From assembly GCA_032128115.1 (NCBI GenBank), contig JAQBHB010000047.1, positions 96,001 to 160,000 of the forward strand: DNA of 64,000 nt, read 5' to 3'. Below are positions 45,699 to 54,499 of the stretch, in pieces. The position numbers and the translations under genes were made by a program. Within the stretch, counting starts at the first letter, position 1. Every line of letters begins with the position of its first letter. The notes below the pieces were generated by a model, which saw nothing but the letters and a program-made list of their open reading frames with translations, ran no database searches and was not told the DNA's origin. This DNA is from Deltaproteobacteria bacterium (lineage in GTDB: Bacteria; Myxococcota_A; UBA9160; SMWR01).

Positions 45699-46337
45699 TT
45701 GCAAGCAGACCCGACCTTGAGAGACAGCGGCCGGCGCGAGCGGGCCTTCCTGCTCGCGACCACTCTTGCAGTGCTGGTCTGGTCCGGCGTCGAGCCCAAC
45801 GAACGGGGCACCTGGTTCCTCGAGGTATTCCCCGTCCTTCTGGGTGTCGTCCTGTTGTGGGTCACGTATGCCCGCTTCCCCCTGACCCCCCTGCTGTATC
45901 GGCTCCTGTTCCTCCACGCCGTGATCCTGATGATCGGCGGCCACTACACCTACGCCGAGGTGCCGCTGGGCTTCTGGGCCCAGGACCTGCTGGATCTCTC
46001 GCGAAACCCCTACGACCGGCTGGGTCACCTTGCCCAGGGTTTCGTTCCGGCGATCCTGACGCGGGAGATCCTGTTGCGGACCTCGCCCCTGCAGCGCGGG
46101 AAATGGCTGTTCTTCCTGGTGGTGTGCGTGTGCCTGGCGTTCAGTGCGTTCTACGAGATGCTCGAGTGGTGGGCTGCTCTGATCGGCGGCGGGGCGGCCG
46201 AGTCGTTCCTGGGAACGCAGGGGGACGTCTGGGATACCCAGTGGGACATGTTCCTGGCGCTCCTGGGGGCGACCGGGGCCCTGCTCTCCCTGGCCCGTCT
46301 CCACGACCGCGCCCTGGCGCGGGTCGCGTCGCAGTAG
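45699..46337 (+). CDS. DUF2238 (YjdF-like) membrane protein
   Basis: TWFLE, GGHYTYAEVPLG, RNPYDRLGH, FLGTQGDVWDTQWDM. Confidence 0.9.
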   Translation: MQADPTLRDSGRRERAFLLATTLAVLVWSGVEPNERGTWFLEVFPVLLGVVLLWVTYARFPLTPLLYRLLFLHAVILMIGGHYTYAEVPLGFWAQDLLDLSRNPYDRLGHLAQGFVPAILTREILLRTSPLQRGKWLFFLVVCVCLAFSAFYEMLEWWAALIGGGAAESFLGTQGDVWDTQWDMFLALLGATGALLSLARLHDRALARVASQ

Positions 46338-46350
46338 CCGACGGGCGCCC

Positions 46351-46998
46351 GTGGTCATCGCCTTCGTCGTCGCCTGTGCAGTTTGCTGTGGCTTGCAGCT
46401 TTTGAGCGAGCGCATCGGCTGGGCGTGGGGACCCTGGATCTTCAAGCCGTTGGCGGCCGGTAGTTTCGTGGCGGCCGGTCTCGCCTCCGGCGCCCTGGAT
46501 TCGAGCTACGGACTCGCGGTTCTCACCGCACTGCTGCTCTCGTTCGTCGGCGACGTGCTGTTGATTCCCGACGGTCGCGGGCCCGGGTTTCTCACCGGGA
46601 TCGGGAGCTTTCTGGCCGCCCACGTGGCATACGCAGCGGCCTTCTCGAGCGTCGGCCGCCTCGGCATGCCCGGACTCGTGGCCGGCCTGCTCCTGGTCCC
46701 CGTTGCCTGGAAGGTCTGGACCTGGCTTCGCCCCCACGTGGATGGCGTCTTTCGCCGCGCCATCCCCGTCTACATCGCGGTCATCGCGAGCATGTTGGCT
46801 CTGGCCATCTCTGCGAGCCTGGCCACCGGTCGCCCGTCGCTCGCTGTCGGTGCCGCGCTGTTCGCGGTGTCGGACCTCTTTGTGGCGCGCGACCGGTTCG
46901 TGGCGCCCGGTCCGGTGAACGGAGTCTTTGGCCTTCCCCTGTACTTCGCCGCCCAGTTGATCCTGGCCGTCTCGGTTTCGGGATTCGCTGGGCAATGA
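46351..46998 (+). CDS. YhhN/TMEM86 lysoplasmalogenase family protein
   Basis: FKP, GDVLL, FLAAHVAY, LFAVSD, LYFAAQ. Confidence 0.88.
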   Translation: MVIAFVVACAVCCGLQLLSERIGWAWGPWIFKPLAAGSFVAAGLASGALDSSYGLAVLTALLLSFVGDVLLIPDGRGPGFLTGIGSFLAAHVAYAAAFSSVGRLGMPGLVAGLLLVPVAWKVWTWLRPHVDGVFRRAIPVYIAVIASMLALAISASLATGRPSLAVGAALFAVSDLFVARDRFVAPGPVNGVFGLPLYFAAQLILAVSVSGFAGQ

Positions 46999-47516
46999 CG
47001 AATCGATACACGGTGGGGCTCGCACGGCCCGCCGATCTCGAGGCGCTCCCCGGGATCGAGATGGCGGCCGCGACCCTGTTTCCGGAAGAGGATCTGCCGC
47101 CCCAACGGGTGTCCGACACGACGCCCGTTTCAACCTTCTCCGAAGCGCAACGCCAGGGCCGTCTCTGGGTTGCGCTGGATGAAGAGGAGCGTCCGGTGGG
47201 GTTCGCCCTGGGCCGTTGGGTGGATGGCAACGTCCACCTGGAGGAGATCGACGTGGCGCCCGATCACGGTCGCCGGGGGCTGGGGGCGCGGCTGGTAGAG
47301 CAGGTCCTGTCGTGGGCGCGTGCAACCGATACCCGGGCGGTCTCCCTCACCACCTTCGAGCACCTGCCGTGGAATGCCCCTTTCTACCGGCGCATGGGCT
47401 TCCGCGTTCTCGATCCCGGGGAGATCGGTCCCGAGCTTTCGGCCATCTGCGCCGAGGAAGCGAGCCAGGGTCTTCGCCGTCGCGTGGCCATGGTCCACCC
47501 GCTGGAATGCGCCTGA
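46995..47516 (+). CDS. GNAT family N-acetyltransferase
   Basis: HLEEIDVAPDHGRRGLG, LTTFEHLPWNAPFYRRMGF. Confidence 0.9.
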   Translation: MTNRYTVGLARPADLEALPGIEMAAATLFPEEDLPPQRVSDTTPVSTFSEAQRQGRLWVALDEEERPVGFALGRWVDGNVHLEEIDVAPDHGRRGLGARLVEQVLSWARATDTRAVSLTTFEHLPWNAPFYRRMGFRVLDPGEIGPELSAICAEEASQGLRRRVAMVHPLECA

Positions 47517-47593
47517 CGCGCGCGGCGGCCGCGCTGGCGCTGCGAGCGTGTTAGCCTGTCGCCTCGGTCCTCGCCGGGGCCCGTGGAGGTGAG

Positions 47594-48157
47594 ATGAGAC
47601 GCCTTCTTTTCGCGGCCCTTGCGGTCACCACGCTCGCCGCGTTTGCGGCGGCGGCCGACGATGCACCCTCGCCTGATTCCGTAGCAGCCGAGTACCTGGG
47701 CGTCCTGGTCGACGACGGCATGGGCGCCACGGGGCGCTTCTTCGACCCGGAATCCCTGGGCGGTCTCAAGGAGGTCTTCGTCGCCCTGCTCGAGATCGAG
47801 GCGAAGCAGGGCCAGAGCCAGCTGCGCGAGGCCATGTTCGGCTCGAATGCGAGCCTGGAGAGCGTCACCGACATGAAGCCGACGGCGTTCTATTCGGGAG
47901 TCATGCGGTTCATCGAGGTTCAGATGGAGCAGGCCAACGTGACCTTCTCCGGTGGCGTGGTCCTGGGAACTGTCTTCGAGAATCCGAAGCTTGCCCACGT
48001 GGTGGCGCGAATGAATTTGAGCACCGGAGACGATTCGGTGTCGTCCATCGACATCATTTCCATGAACGAGATGGATGGGCGCTGGGTTCTGCTGCTCAAT
48101 TCCGAAGTGGAGCAGATGGCAAAAATGATCCAGGCCCAGCTGGCAGCTCAACCCTAG
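47594..48157 (+). CDS. Secreted hypothetical protein
   Basis: GGAGG RBS, signal peptide MRRLLFAALAVTTLAAFAAAA, GC3-rich codons. Confidence 0.75.
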   Translation: MRRLLFAALAVTTLAAFAAAADDAPSPDSVAAEYLGVLVDDGMGATGRFFDPESLGGLKEVFVALLEIEAKQGQSQLREAMFGSNASLESVTDMKPTAFYSGVMRFIEVQMEQANVTFSGGVVLGTVFENPKLAHVVARMNLSTGDDSVSSIDIISMNEMDGRWVLLLNSEVEQMAKMIQAQLAAQP

Positions 48158-48192
48158 CGGGCTCGCCCCGTGGCTGACGAGGGTGTCGCGAG

Positions 48193-48921
48193 GTGACGGC
48201 TGTGCGAGTACTCCGGTGGGCGGTCGCCTGTGTGCTGGTCGCTGCCGCCCTGTTCGCCACTTCCGTTTCACTTTATCGGAGCGGTGTCCTGCGCTTCAAT
48301 CATCCGGATGAAGCGCGCTTCCCCGTGCGTGGAATCGATGTGTCGCACCACCAGGCCGAGGTCGACTGGGGGGCCGTGCGATCGGCGGGTATCGAGTTCG
48401 CCTTCATCAAGGCCACCGAGGGCGGAGACCACAGCGATACGCGATTCGACGCGAACTGGGAGGAGGCCGGGCGCGCGGGAATTGCCCGAGGCGCCTATCA
48501 CTTCTTCACATTCTGCACGCCGGGACGAGTGCAGGCCGAGCACTTCCTCACGACGATCGGGCTGCGGGCCAGCGAACTTCCGCCGGCCGCAGACGTGGAA
48601 TTCTCGGGGAACTGCTCGAGCTGGACGAACATCGAAACGATCCGCCGGGAGCTCGGGGTCTTCCTGGCGCTGGTGGAAGAGGGGACGGGCCAGCCCCCGC
48701 TGATCTACGTCACCCCCGAGTCTTTTTACCGCATCGTCGAGGGCCACTTCGACGGTCATCCCACCTGGCTCCGGAACCTGTGGTTCGAGCCTTCGATCCG
48801 CCGCTACGGAGTCTGGCGTTTCTGGCAATTTGCCGACAACGCGCGGCTCCCCGGGATCAAGGGCCCCGTGGACCTCAATACGTTCTGCTGCTCCCGCGAC
48901 GATTTCTCGAACCACCGCTGA
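48193..48921 (+). CDS. GH25 family lysozyme/muramidase
   Basis: GIDVSHHQ, FIKATEG, GAYHFF, DVE, WQF, VDLN. Confidence 0.92.
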   Translation: MTAVRVLRWAVACVLVAAALFATSVSLYRSGVLRFNHPDEARFPVRGIDVSHHQAEVDWGAVRSAGIEFAFIKATEGGDHSDTRFDANWEEAGRAGIARGAYHFFTFCTPGRVQAEHFLTTIGLRASELPPAADVEFSGNCSSWTNIETIRRELGVFLALVEEGTGQPPLIYVTPESFYRIVEGHFDGHPTWLRNLWFEPSIRRYGVWRFWQFADNARLPGIKGPVDLNTFCCSRDDFSNHR

Positions 48922-48992
48922 CTCGACCGCCTACCGAGGCGGCCAGGCCGATCGTGATAGGATAAGGCTTCCACCCGGAACAGGAGAACCCC

Positions 48993-49382
48993 GTGCGCCA
49001 TAGCGAGCCCGAATACGGCGAGATCACACCGGAGATGCGTGAGCGTCTGGAGAAGTTTCGCGAAGAGCACTCCGGCGACGCCATGGGAGACGTTGCCAAC
49101 CATGTGCTGTTCGAAGACGACGACGTCCGGATCTGGGAGATGAACCTCGAGCCCGGACAGAACAGCGATCTCCACCACCACGAGCACGACTACATCCTGG
49201 TGATCGACTCCGGCGATCTCGTTGCCGGCATTCCGCCGAAAGACAGCCCCATGGATATCTTCGTGGGAAAGGTGCCGCCGAACGGCAACACGGTCCGGGT
49301 ACCCAGGGGGGGGACCGAGTGGGCCCTGAACATCGGCGAGAAGACCTACCACGAGATCCTGATCGAGCTGAAGAAGAGCTGA
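48993..49382 (+). CDS. Cupin-fold protein
   Basis: LFEDDDVRIWEM.LEPG...HHHEHDY...NIG...Y.EILIELK. Confidence 0.8.
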   Translation: MRHSEPEYGEITPEMRERLEKFREEHSGDAMGDVANHVLFEDDDVRIWEMNLEPGQNSDLHHHEHDYILVIDSGDLVAGIPPKDSPMDIFVGKVPPNGNTVRVPRGGTEWALNIGEKTYHEILIELKKS

Positions 49383-49428
49383 GGTCGGAGTCGAGACGGG
49401 TGCGGCCGAACGGACCGGGAGACGGAGC

Positions 49429-49818
49429 GTGAAGTCGCTGCTGGTTACCGCCCTGCTGGTCGGGTCGGGAGGGTTCGCGGGAGCCGTGTTTCGCTACGGC
49501 CTGGCCGGAATCGTTCAGCGCCAGGTTCCCCTGTCTACGTTTCCCTACGGGACTCTCGCGGTGAACCTGCTGGGATCGCTGCTGATCGGTGTCATCGGAG
49601 GTTGGGTGGATTCGCGCCAGGTCTTCACGCCCGAAATGCGGGCCTTCATACTGATCGGTCTGTTGGGCGGCTTCACGACCTTCTCGACGCTCAGCTACGA
49701 GGGCTTCGCCATGATTCGCGACGGAGAACACCTGCGGGCGGTGGCGTACCTGGGTTCGCACGTGGTCTTCGGCCTGGCCGCGGTGTGGCTCGGCTACGGC
49801 CTCGCGAGCGCCCGGTAG
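49429..49818 (+). CDS. crcB: Fluoride efflux channel FluC/CrcB
   Basis: GGFAGAVFRY, FPYGTLAVN, GLLGGFTTFST. Confidence 0.95.
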   Translation: MKSLLVTALLVGSGGFAGAVFRYGLAGIVQRQVPLSTFPYGTLAVNLLGSLLIGVIGGWVDSRQVFTPEMRAFILIGLLGGFTTFSTLSYEGFAMIRDGEHLRAVAYLGSHVVFGLAAVWLGYGLASAR

Positions 49819-49821
49819 CCC

Positions 49822-50163
49822 ATGGGCCCGCCCCGGGAGGGAAAGCTCCTGCGCATCTTCGTCGGCGAGGGCGACAAGCACGGCGGGATTCCCGTTTACG
49901 AGTGGATCGTTCGCAGGGCGCGCGAGGAGGGGATGGCCGGCGCCACCGTGCTGCGGGGACTCGCGGGGTTCGGCGCCGCTAGCCGCCTGCACACCAGCAA
50001 GATCCTGCGGCTCTCCACCAAGCTTCCGGTGGTGATCGAGATCGTGGATGAAGCCGAGAAGATCGAGGCCTTCCTTCCCGGGATCGACGACGCCCTCGAG
50101 GGAGGGCTGGTCACCGTGGAAAAGGTCGAGGTGCATTTTCATTCCTCCCGGAATCCGAAGTAG
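49822..50163 (+). CDS. DUF190 (PII-like) protein
   Basis: LLRIFVGEGD, AGATVLRG..GFG, LS..LPVVIEIVD; the usual crcB neighbour. Confidence 0.92.
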   Translation: MGPPREGKLLRIFVGEGDKHGGIPVYEWIVRRAREEGMAGATVLRGLAGFGAASRLHTSKILRLSTKLPVVIEIVDEAEKIEAFLPGIDDALEGGLVTVEKVEVHFHSSRNPK

Positions 50164-50212
50164 CCGCGGAATCGCGGCGATCGCGGTCGCGCTGCCTGCG
50201 CAAGGGCTCCCT

Positions 50213-50899
50213 CTAGCCTTCCCGTGGAGATGTTCGCTCCTCGGCCTGCAGGATCAATTCGTCGAGGGGCACTTCGGCCAGCGACCGCAACACCCGGTTG
50301 GCATGGCGGAAGTCCAGGTCCGCGGTCATGGGCCCCGGCACCGCGATGCAGTAGACACCGGCCGCCACGGCCGATGCCACGCCATGGGGCGAGTCTTCCA
50401 GCGCGATGGATTCGTGAGGTCCCACCCCCAGAACCGAAAGGGCCTTCAGGTAGAGATCCGGGGCGGGCTTCACGGCGCTCACGTCGTCTTCGGTGACCAC
50501 CGCGTCCAGCAGATGCAGGAGGCGAAGGCGCTCCAGGTGTCCCCGGACCCACTCGCTCGGCGAACTCGACGCCACCGCCAGGCCCAGGCCGCGTTCCCGG
50601 GCGCGATCGAGACAGTCGATCACACCCACCATGGGAGGCAGCGACTCGAGGGTCCGATCGCGAATCTGGCGGCGGCGGCGCTGCAGGCCGGACTCCTCCA
50701 GGGGACTGGTTACCAGGGATCTCAGGTGCGCCAGGGGATCGAAACCCGCCCGATCGGTGCCAATGCCCTCGGACCACTTCTCGCGCGGCAGCTCGAGGCC
50801 GTGATCCAGGTAGATCTGGCACCAGGCTTCGTAGACCGGGGACTCGGTGTCCAGGATCAATCCATCGAAGTCCAGGATCACGGCTCGAATCCGGGGCAT
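50213..50899 (-). CDS. HAD family hydrolase
   Basis: DFDGLILDTE, ASSS, KPAPDLY, EDSPHG. Confidence 0.92.
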   Translation of the reverse strand: MPRIRAVILDFDGLILDTESPVYEAWCQIYLDHGLELPREKWSEGIGTDRAGFDPLAHLRSLVTSPLEESGLQRRRRQIRDRTLESLPPMVGVIDCLDRARERGLGLAVASSSPSEWVRGHLERLRLLHLLDAVVTEDDVSAVKPAPDLYLKALSVLGVGPHESIALEDSPHGVASAVAAGVYCIAVPGPMTADLDFRHANRVLRSLAEVPLDELILQAEERTSPREG

Positions 50900-50912
50900 G
50901 GAGCGGTCGCCT

Positions 50913-51977
50913 TCAGTCGAGCCGGCCGATCTCGATCCGGTCGGAGCCGGCTGGCAGCGTGATCAACAGGCCGTCTTCGCCGAGGATCCAGCCATCGGGG
51001 CGTACCTCCGAGACCCCGCGCAGGAAGATCTGCTCGAGCAGGAGATTCTGGGGCGGCGGGGTCAGGTGGGTGAAGACCAGCAACCTGGCACCCGCGTCGT
51101 TGGCCACCTCGGCCGCCTCCACCGGTGTGGTGTGGTATTCGGGAATGTCCGACATCACCTTCGCAATGCGATCGCGGCCCGCCTGGTCGGCGGCTTCGCC
51201 GATCCTGGCGACCACGTGGTTGGCCTGGGCCTCGTGCACCAACACGTCGACTCCCGAGGCGGCCTCGATCACGTTCTCGCTCCGGATCGTATCTCCCGTG
51301 ATCGCGACGGATCGTCCGCGGTAGTCGAAGCGGTATCCGACGGCCGGAGACACGGGTTCGTGGCTCACCGAGAAGGCGGTGATCACCAGGCCATCCTGCT
51401 CCAGCACCCGCTCACCGCCTGAGACCACCTGCGCCCTCATCCTCCCCACCGACGCGGGAAGCAGATCCGCGCCGTGGTGGGCGATGCGGTAGCCCGCGTC
51501 GAGGGCGTAGGCTTCCTCGAAGCCCGACACGACCCGCTCCACCCCTTGCGGTCCGAAAACCCGGAGCGGATCGGGGCGGCCAGCGACCCAGGTCTGCAGG
51601 TCGTACTCGCCAAGCTCGCCGATGTGATCGGAGTGGAAGTGGGTGAGGAGCACGGCTCCAATCTTCTCGCCGGGGATGCGCCAGAGAGCCAGCTGGTTCC
51701 ACGAGCCGGTCCCGGTGTCGACCACCCAGAAGTGGCCTGCGGCGAATATCGCCGTGCAGGGCCGTGCCCGGTCGGCGGACGGGAACGGGGATGACGAGCC
51801 GCACACGAGCACCCGGAGAGCGTCGTCCTGGAAGAGTTCGTCGGGGCGGGTGCCCACCAGGCGCTTCAACGCCCTCTCGAGCAGGCCGTCCTGGACGGCC
51901 GGGATCTGGAGCAACGCGCCCCCGAGCGCGGCGATGGCAATCCCGATGGTCAATGACCACATCAGTGCTCGACGCAT
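50913..51977 (-). CDS. MBL-fold metallohydrolase (RNase Z/arylsulfatase-like) with N-terminal anchor
   Basis: THFHSDH, GDT, LVHEA, YHT, FTHL. Confidence 0.9.
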   Translation of the reverse strand: MRRALMWSLTIGIAIAALGGALLQIPAVQDGLLERALKRLVGTRPDELFQDDALRVLVCGSSSPFPSADRARPCTAIFAAGHFWVVDTGTGSWNQLALWRIPGEKIGAVLLTHFHSDHIGELGEYDLQTWVAGRPDPLRVFGPQGVERVVSGFEEAYALDAGYRIAHHGADLLPASVGRMRAQVVSGGERVLEQDGLVITAFSVSHEPVSPAVGYRFDYRGRSVAITGDTIRSENVIEAASGVDVLVHEAQANHVVARIGEAADQAGRDRIAKVMSDIPEYHTTPVEAAEVANDAGARLLVFTHLTPPPQNLLLEQIFLRGVSEVRPDGWILGEDGLLITLPAGSDRIEIGRLD

Positions 51978-52076
51978 CGTTCTCCCCGAGGTTGCCGCGA
52001 ACGCTAGCGAGCCGATCTGCAGCCTGCCGGCCCGGTGTGCGGCGTCGTGTTAGCATCGCCGCCGGAGGCCCCGAAA

Positions 52077-52253
52077 ATGCCGAGAGCGAGTGCAACGGTG
52101 GTCCGCTGGGCGGCGCTCTGCACGGCTTTCTCGATTCTTTCCTGCGCGCCCGTGGGGAGCGAAGCCTGGTGTATGAGGATGAAGAACAAGCCCAAGGGCG
52201 ACTGGACCGCCAACGAGGCGGGCGACTACGCCAGGCATTGCGTGCTTCGATGA
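52077..52253 (+). CDS. DUF3012-type small lipoprotein
   Basis: ILSC lipobox-like, then VGSEAWC..MK.KPKGDWTANEA..YA.HC; GGAGG upstream. Confidence 0.85.
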   Translation: MPRASATVVRWAALCTAFSILSCAPVGSEAWCMRMKNKPKGDWTANEAGDYARHCVLR

Positions 52254-52267
52254 GGGGGTGCGCCCCC

Positions 52268-52720
52268 ATGAGGCGATGCGCCCAGGCGCTTGCACCGGTT
52301 CTGGCGGTGCTGCTGCTGGCGACGGCCGGGCCCGCGTTCGCGGAGCCGGACACGATCACGGTGTACAAGTCGCCCACTTGTGGCTGCTGCACCCAGTGGG
52401 AGAAGCACCTGGAAAGCCACGGTTTCCAGGTGAAGTCGAGGGTGGTCCCGGACGTGACGCCGGTAAAGATCGAGAACGGGATCCCGAGTCGGCTCGCCTC
52501 CTGTCACACCGCCTTCGTCGCGGGCTATGTGGTAGAAGGCCACGTACCGGCCGAAGACGTGAAGCGCCTCCTGAGGGAGAAGCCGGCCATCGCAGGTCTT
52601 GCGGTGCCGGGCATGCCCATCGGCTCGCCGGGCATGGAGGGTCCGAATCCCGTGGTCTACGACGTCCTGGCTTTCGACAGTGACGGCCGCGTCGAAGTCT
52701 TCTCGACCCATCGACCCTGA
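52268..52720 (+). CDS. DUF411 periplasmic metal-binding protein
   Basis: Signal peptide, KSPTCGCC..W, SCHTA, EGHVPA, LAVPGMPIGSPGME. Confidence 0.92.
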   Translation: MRRCAQALAPVLAVLLLATAGPAFAEPDTITVYKSPTCGCCTQWEKHLESHGFQVKSRVVPDVTPVKIENGIPSRLASCHTAFVAGYVVEGHVPAEDVKRLLREKPAIAGLAVPGMPIGSPGMEGPNPVVYDVLAFDSDGRVEVFSTHRP

Positions 52721-52775
52721 AGCGCGTGGTAGCCTGTACCGGGGGGCGGTCGACCTTCGCTCCCAGGAGGTTGCC

Positions 52776-53375
52776 GTGAAGATCCCCTTCTACTTCGACT
52801 ACGCATGCCCGTGGGCGTACCTGGCAAGCTGCCGCGCCGAATCCTACTTCCAGGACCTGGGTGCCGAGATCGACTTCCGTCCGGTTCGGCTCGCCGATCT
52901 GGTCGAGACGAAGGGCGAGAAGGGACTGCCCCCGGGTGATCGCAAGCGCAACTGGTACGTCTCGGATCTGAAGGGCTGGGCCGAGATGGTGGGCGCCGAG
53001 CTGTCGCTCAAAGCAGGCGGCCCCCGCCCGGACACGCGGCTGATGCTGCGCGCTGCCCTGGTGGCGCGCGATCGCGGGGCCTTCCGCGAGTTCCACTATC
53101 CGGCCTATCGCGCCCGCTGGGCCGAAGCGCGACCGGTGGACGAGCCCTCGGTGGTTCACTCGCTACTGAAAGGTGCGGGTCTCGACGCGGATGCGGCACT
53201 CGAGGAGGCGCAGAGCGACGTGCTCGCCGAGCGGCTGGACGCCAACACCCGAGACGCCATCGATCGTGGCGTCTTCGGGGTGCCGACCCTGTTCGTGGGC
53301 GACCGGATGTTCTTCGGGAACGACCGCTTCGAGCTGGTGCGCCACGTAATCGCGAAGCAGGGCAGAGGCGCCTGA
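52776..53375 (+). CDS. 2-hydroxychromene-2-carboxylate isomerase / DsbA-like (GST kappa) protein
   Basis: FYFDYACPWAYL, GVFGVPT, FFGNDR; AGGAGG RBS. Confidence 0.9.
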   Translation: MKIPFYFDYACPWAYLASCRAESYFQDLGAEIDFRPVRLADLVETKGEKGLPPGDRKRNWYVSDLKGWAEMVGAELSLKAGGPRPDTRLMLRAALVARDRGAFREFHYPAYRARWAEARPVDEPSVVHSLLKGAGLDADAALEEAQSDVLAERLDANTRDAIDRGVFGVPTLFVGDRMFFGNDRFELVRHVIAKQGRGA

Positions 53376-53562
53376 CCCGGGCGGTCCCCCGGCCCCCAGG
53401 GGATTCGGCGCATGGATCACAGGACCTCTGGCGAGCCATTGGGGGCTGGTCTAGGATTTTCGGAGCCTAGAGAAAGGCCCTGCCCAATTCATTCCGAGTC
53501 CATATCTCAGTCTACAATCCGGTCAGAGTCGGTTTCGAAGCCAGCCGCGCGAGCATGGTGCT

Positions 53563-53577
53563 TGGCACGGTTCATGC
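53563..53577 (+). promoter_or_regulatory. Sigma54 (-24/-12) promoter
   Basis: TGGCACGGTTCATGC: perfect -24 TGGCACG and GG-N10-GC spacing. Confidence 0.65.
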
Positions 53578-53659
53578 GCGGTCGGGCCTCTCCCGCCAGG
53601 GAGAAGGAAAACGCGGCCGCAACGAGTTGCCTGATCGTCGGGCATGGAGTTCGCGTTAC

Positions 53660-53974
53660 GTGAAGAAGATCTACGTCGGAAACCTTTCCTGGGACACCAC
53701 TGAGGCCGCTCTGCAGGAGCATTTTTCATCCTTGGGCGAAGTGCATTCGGTGGCCGTCATCACCGATCGGGAGACCGGTCGTTCGCGCGGTTTCGCGTTC
53801 ATCGAGATGGATGATGCCGGTGCCGACAAGGCGATCGCCGAGATGGATGGTCAGGACTTCGGGGGCCGCGCACTGCGGGTCAACGAGGCCCAACAGAAGG
53901 AGCGCCGCGGTGGCGGTGGTGGAGGCGGTGGCGGCGGCGGCGGCGGTGGACGTGGGGGAGGAGGTCGCTGGTAA
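53660..53974 (+). CDS. RRM RNA-binding protein with Gly-rich tail
   Basis: RNP2 IYVGNL, RNP1 RGFAFIEM, LRVNEA, poly-Gly/RGG tail. Confidence 0.95.
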   Translation: MKKIYVGNLSWDTTEAALQEHFSSLGEVHSVAVITDRETGRSRGFAFIEMDDAGADKAIAEMDGQDFGGRALRVNEAQQKERRGGGGGGGGGGGGGGRGGGGRW

Positions 53975-53989
53975 GGCGACCGAGCTCTG

Positions 53990-54011
53990 GGGCCCCGCTT
54001 CGGCGGGGCCC
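53990..54011. terminator. Strong hairpin between convergent genes
   Basis: GGGCCCCGC-TTCG-GCGGGGCCC: perfect 9-bp stem with UUCG loop; no U-tract. Confidence 0.65.
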
Positions 54012-54098
54012 GCTCACCTGACATTCTTCCAGACTTCCGGGTTGAACAGGTCGCGTTTGCGGGCGTGAGCGAGGTCGTCTTCCCGCCACGCCTTCCTC

Positions 54099-54341
54099 TC
54101 AGTCGCCCCCCCTTCCGCGAATCTTTGCGTAGACCCGCCCGCGGAAGAAGACCAGGGAAGCCGCGGCGAATGCGGAGAAGACAAGGCACTGGCCCCAGAA
54201 CGGGGGGTCCAGGGGAGACAAGCCGATCCCGCCCACGATCAGGGCGGAGACGCCCAGGAACGCCAGGTAGAACTCGGCGTCCACGATCATCTCCGCTCCC
54301 AGAAGAACGGAACCAAGCACGATCCATTGCCACCAGGCCAT
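54099..54341 (-). pseudogene. Truncated NfeD-family membrane protein
   Basis: MAWWQWIVLG..LLGAEM...FYLAFLG..A...Q.LVF is the NfeD TM region; stops at 80 aa, before the OB-fold domain. Confidence 0.65.
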
Positions 54342-54499
54342 GTTCCCACGCTGCGATCTGGGAGGCTGCCGCCTCCACCATGCCGGGAAGTATCGGCAGC
54401 TACGAGGCGATCCGCCATTGCGAATCCGGCCCCGGATTGGAACGCTTGCGGGGGGGCAATCACCGCGTGGTATGGTGCGGCCACAGGAGGGTGCCTCCC

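Noticed and set aside
48193..48921. GH25 lysozyme as a prophage endolysin
   Set aside because: No holin, structural or integrase genes nearby; it has an N-terminal anchor like cellular GH25 enzymes.
49383..49428. Fluoride riboswitch expected before crcB
   Set aside because: The 46-bp gap lacks the GATGG.GTTC...CTGATG consensus. The similar GGCATGGAGTTCGC at 53641 is the RRM gene RBS and has no 3' riboswitch half.
53906..53965. GGN trinucleotide repeat
   Set aside because: It simply encodes the normal glycine-rich tail of the RRM protein.
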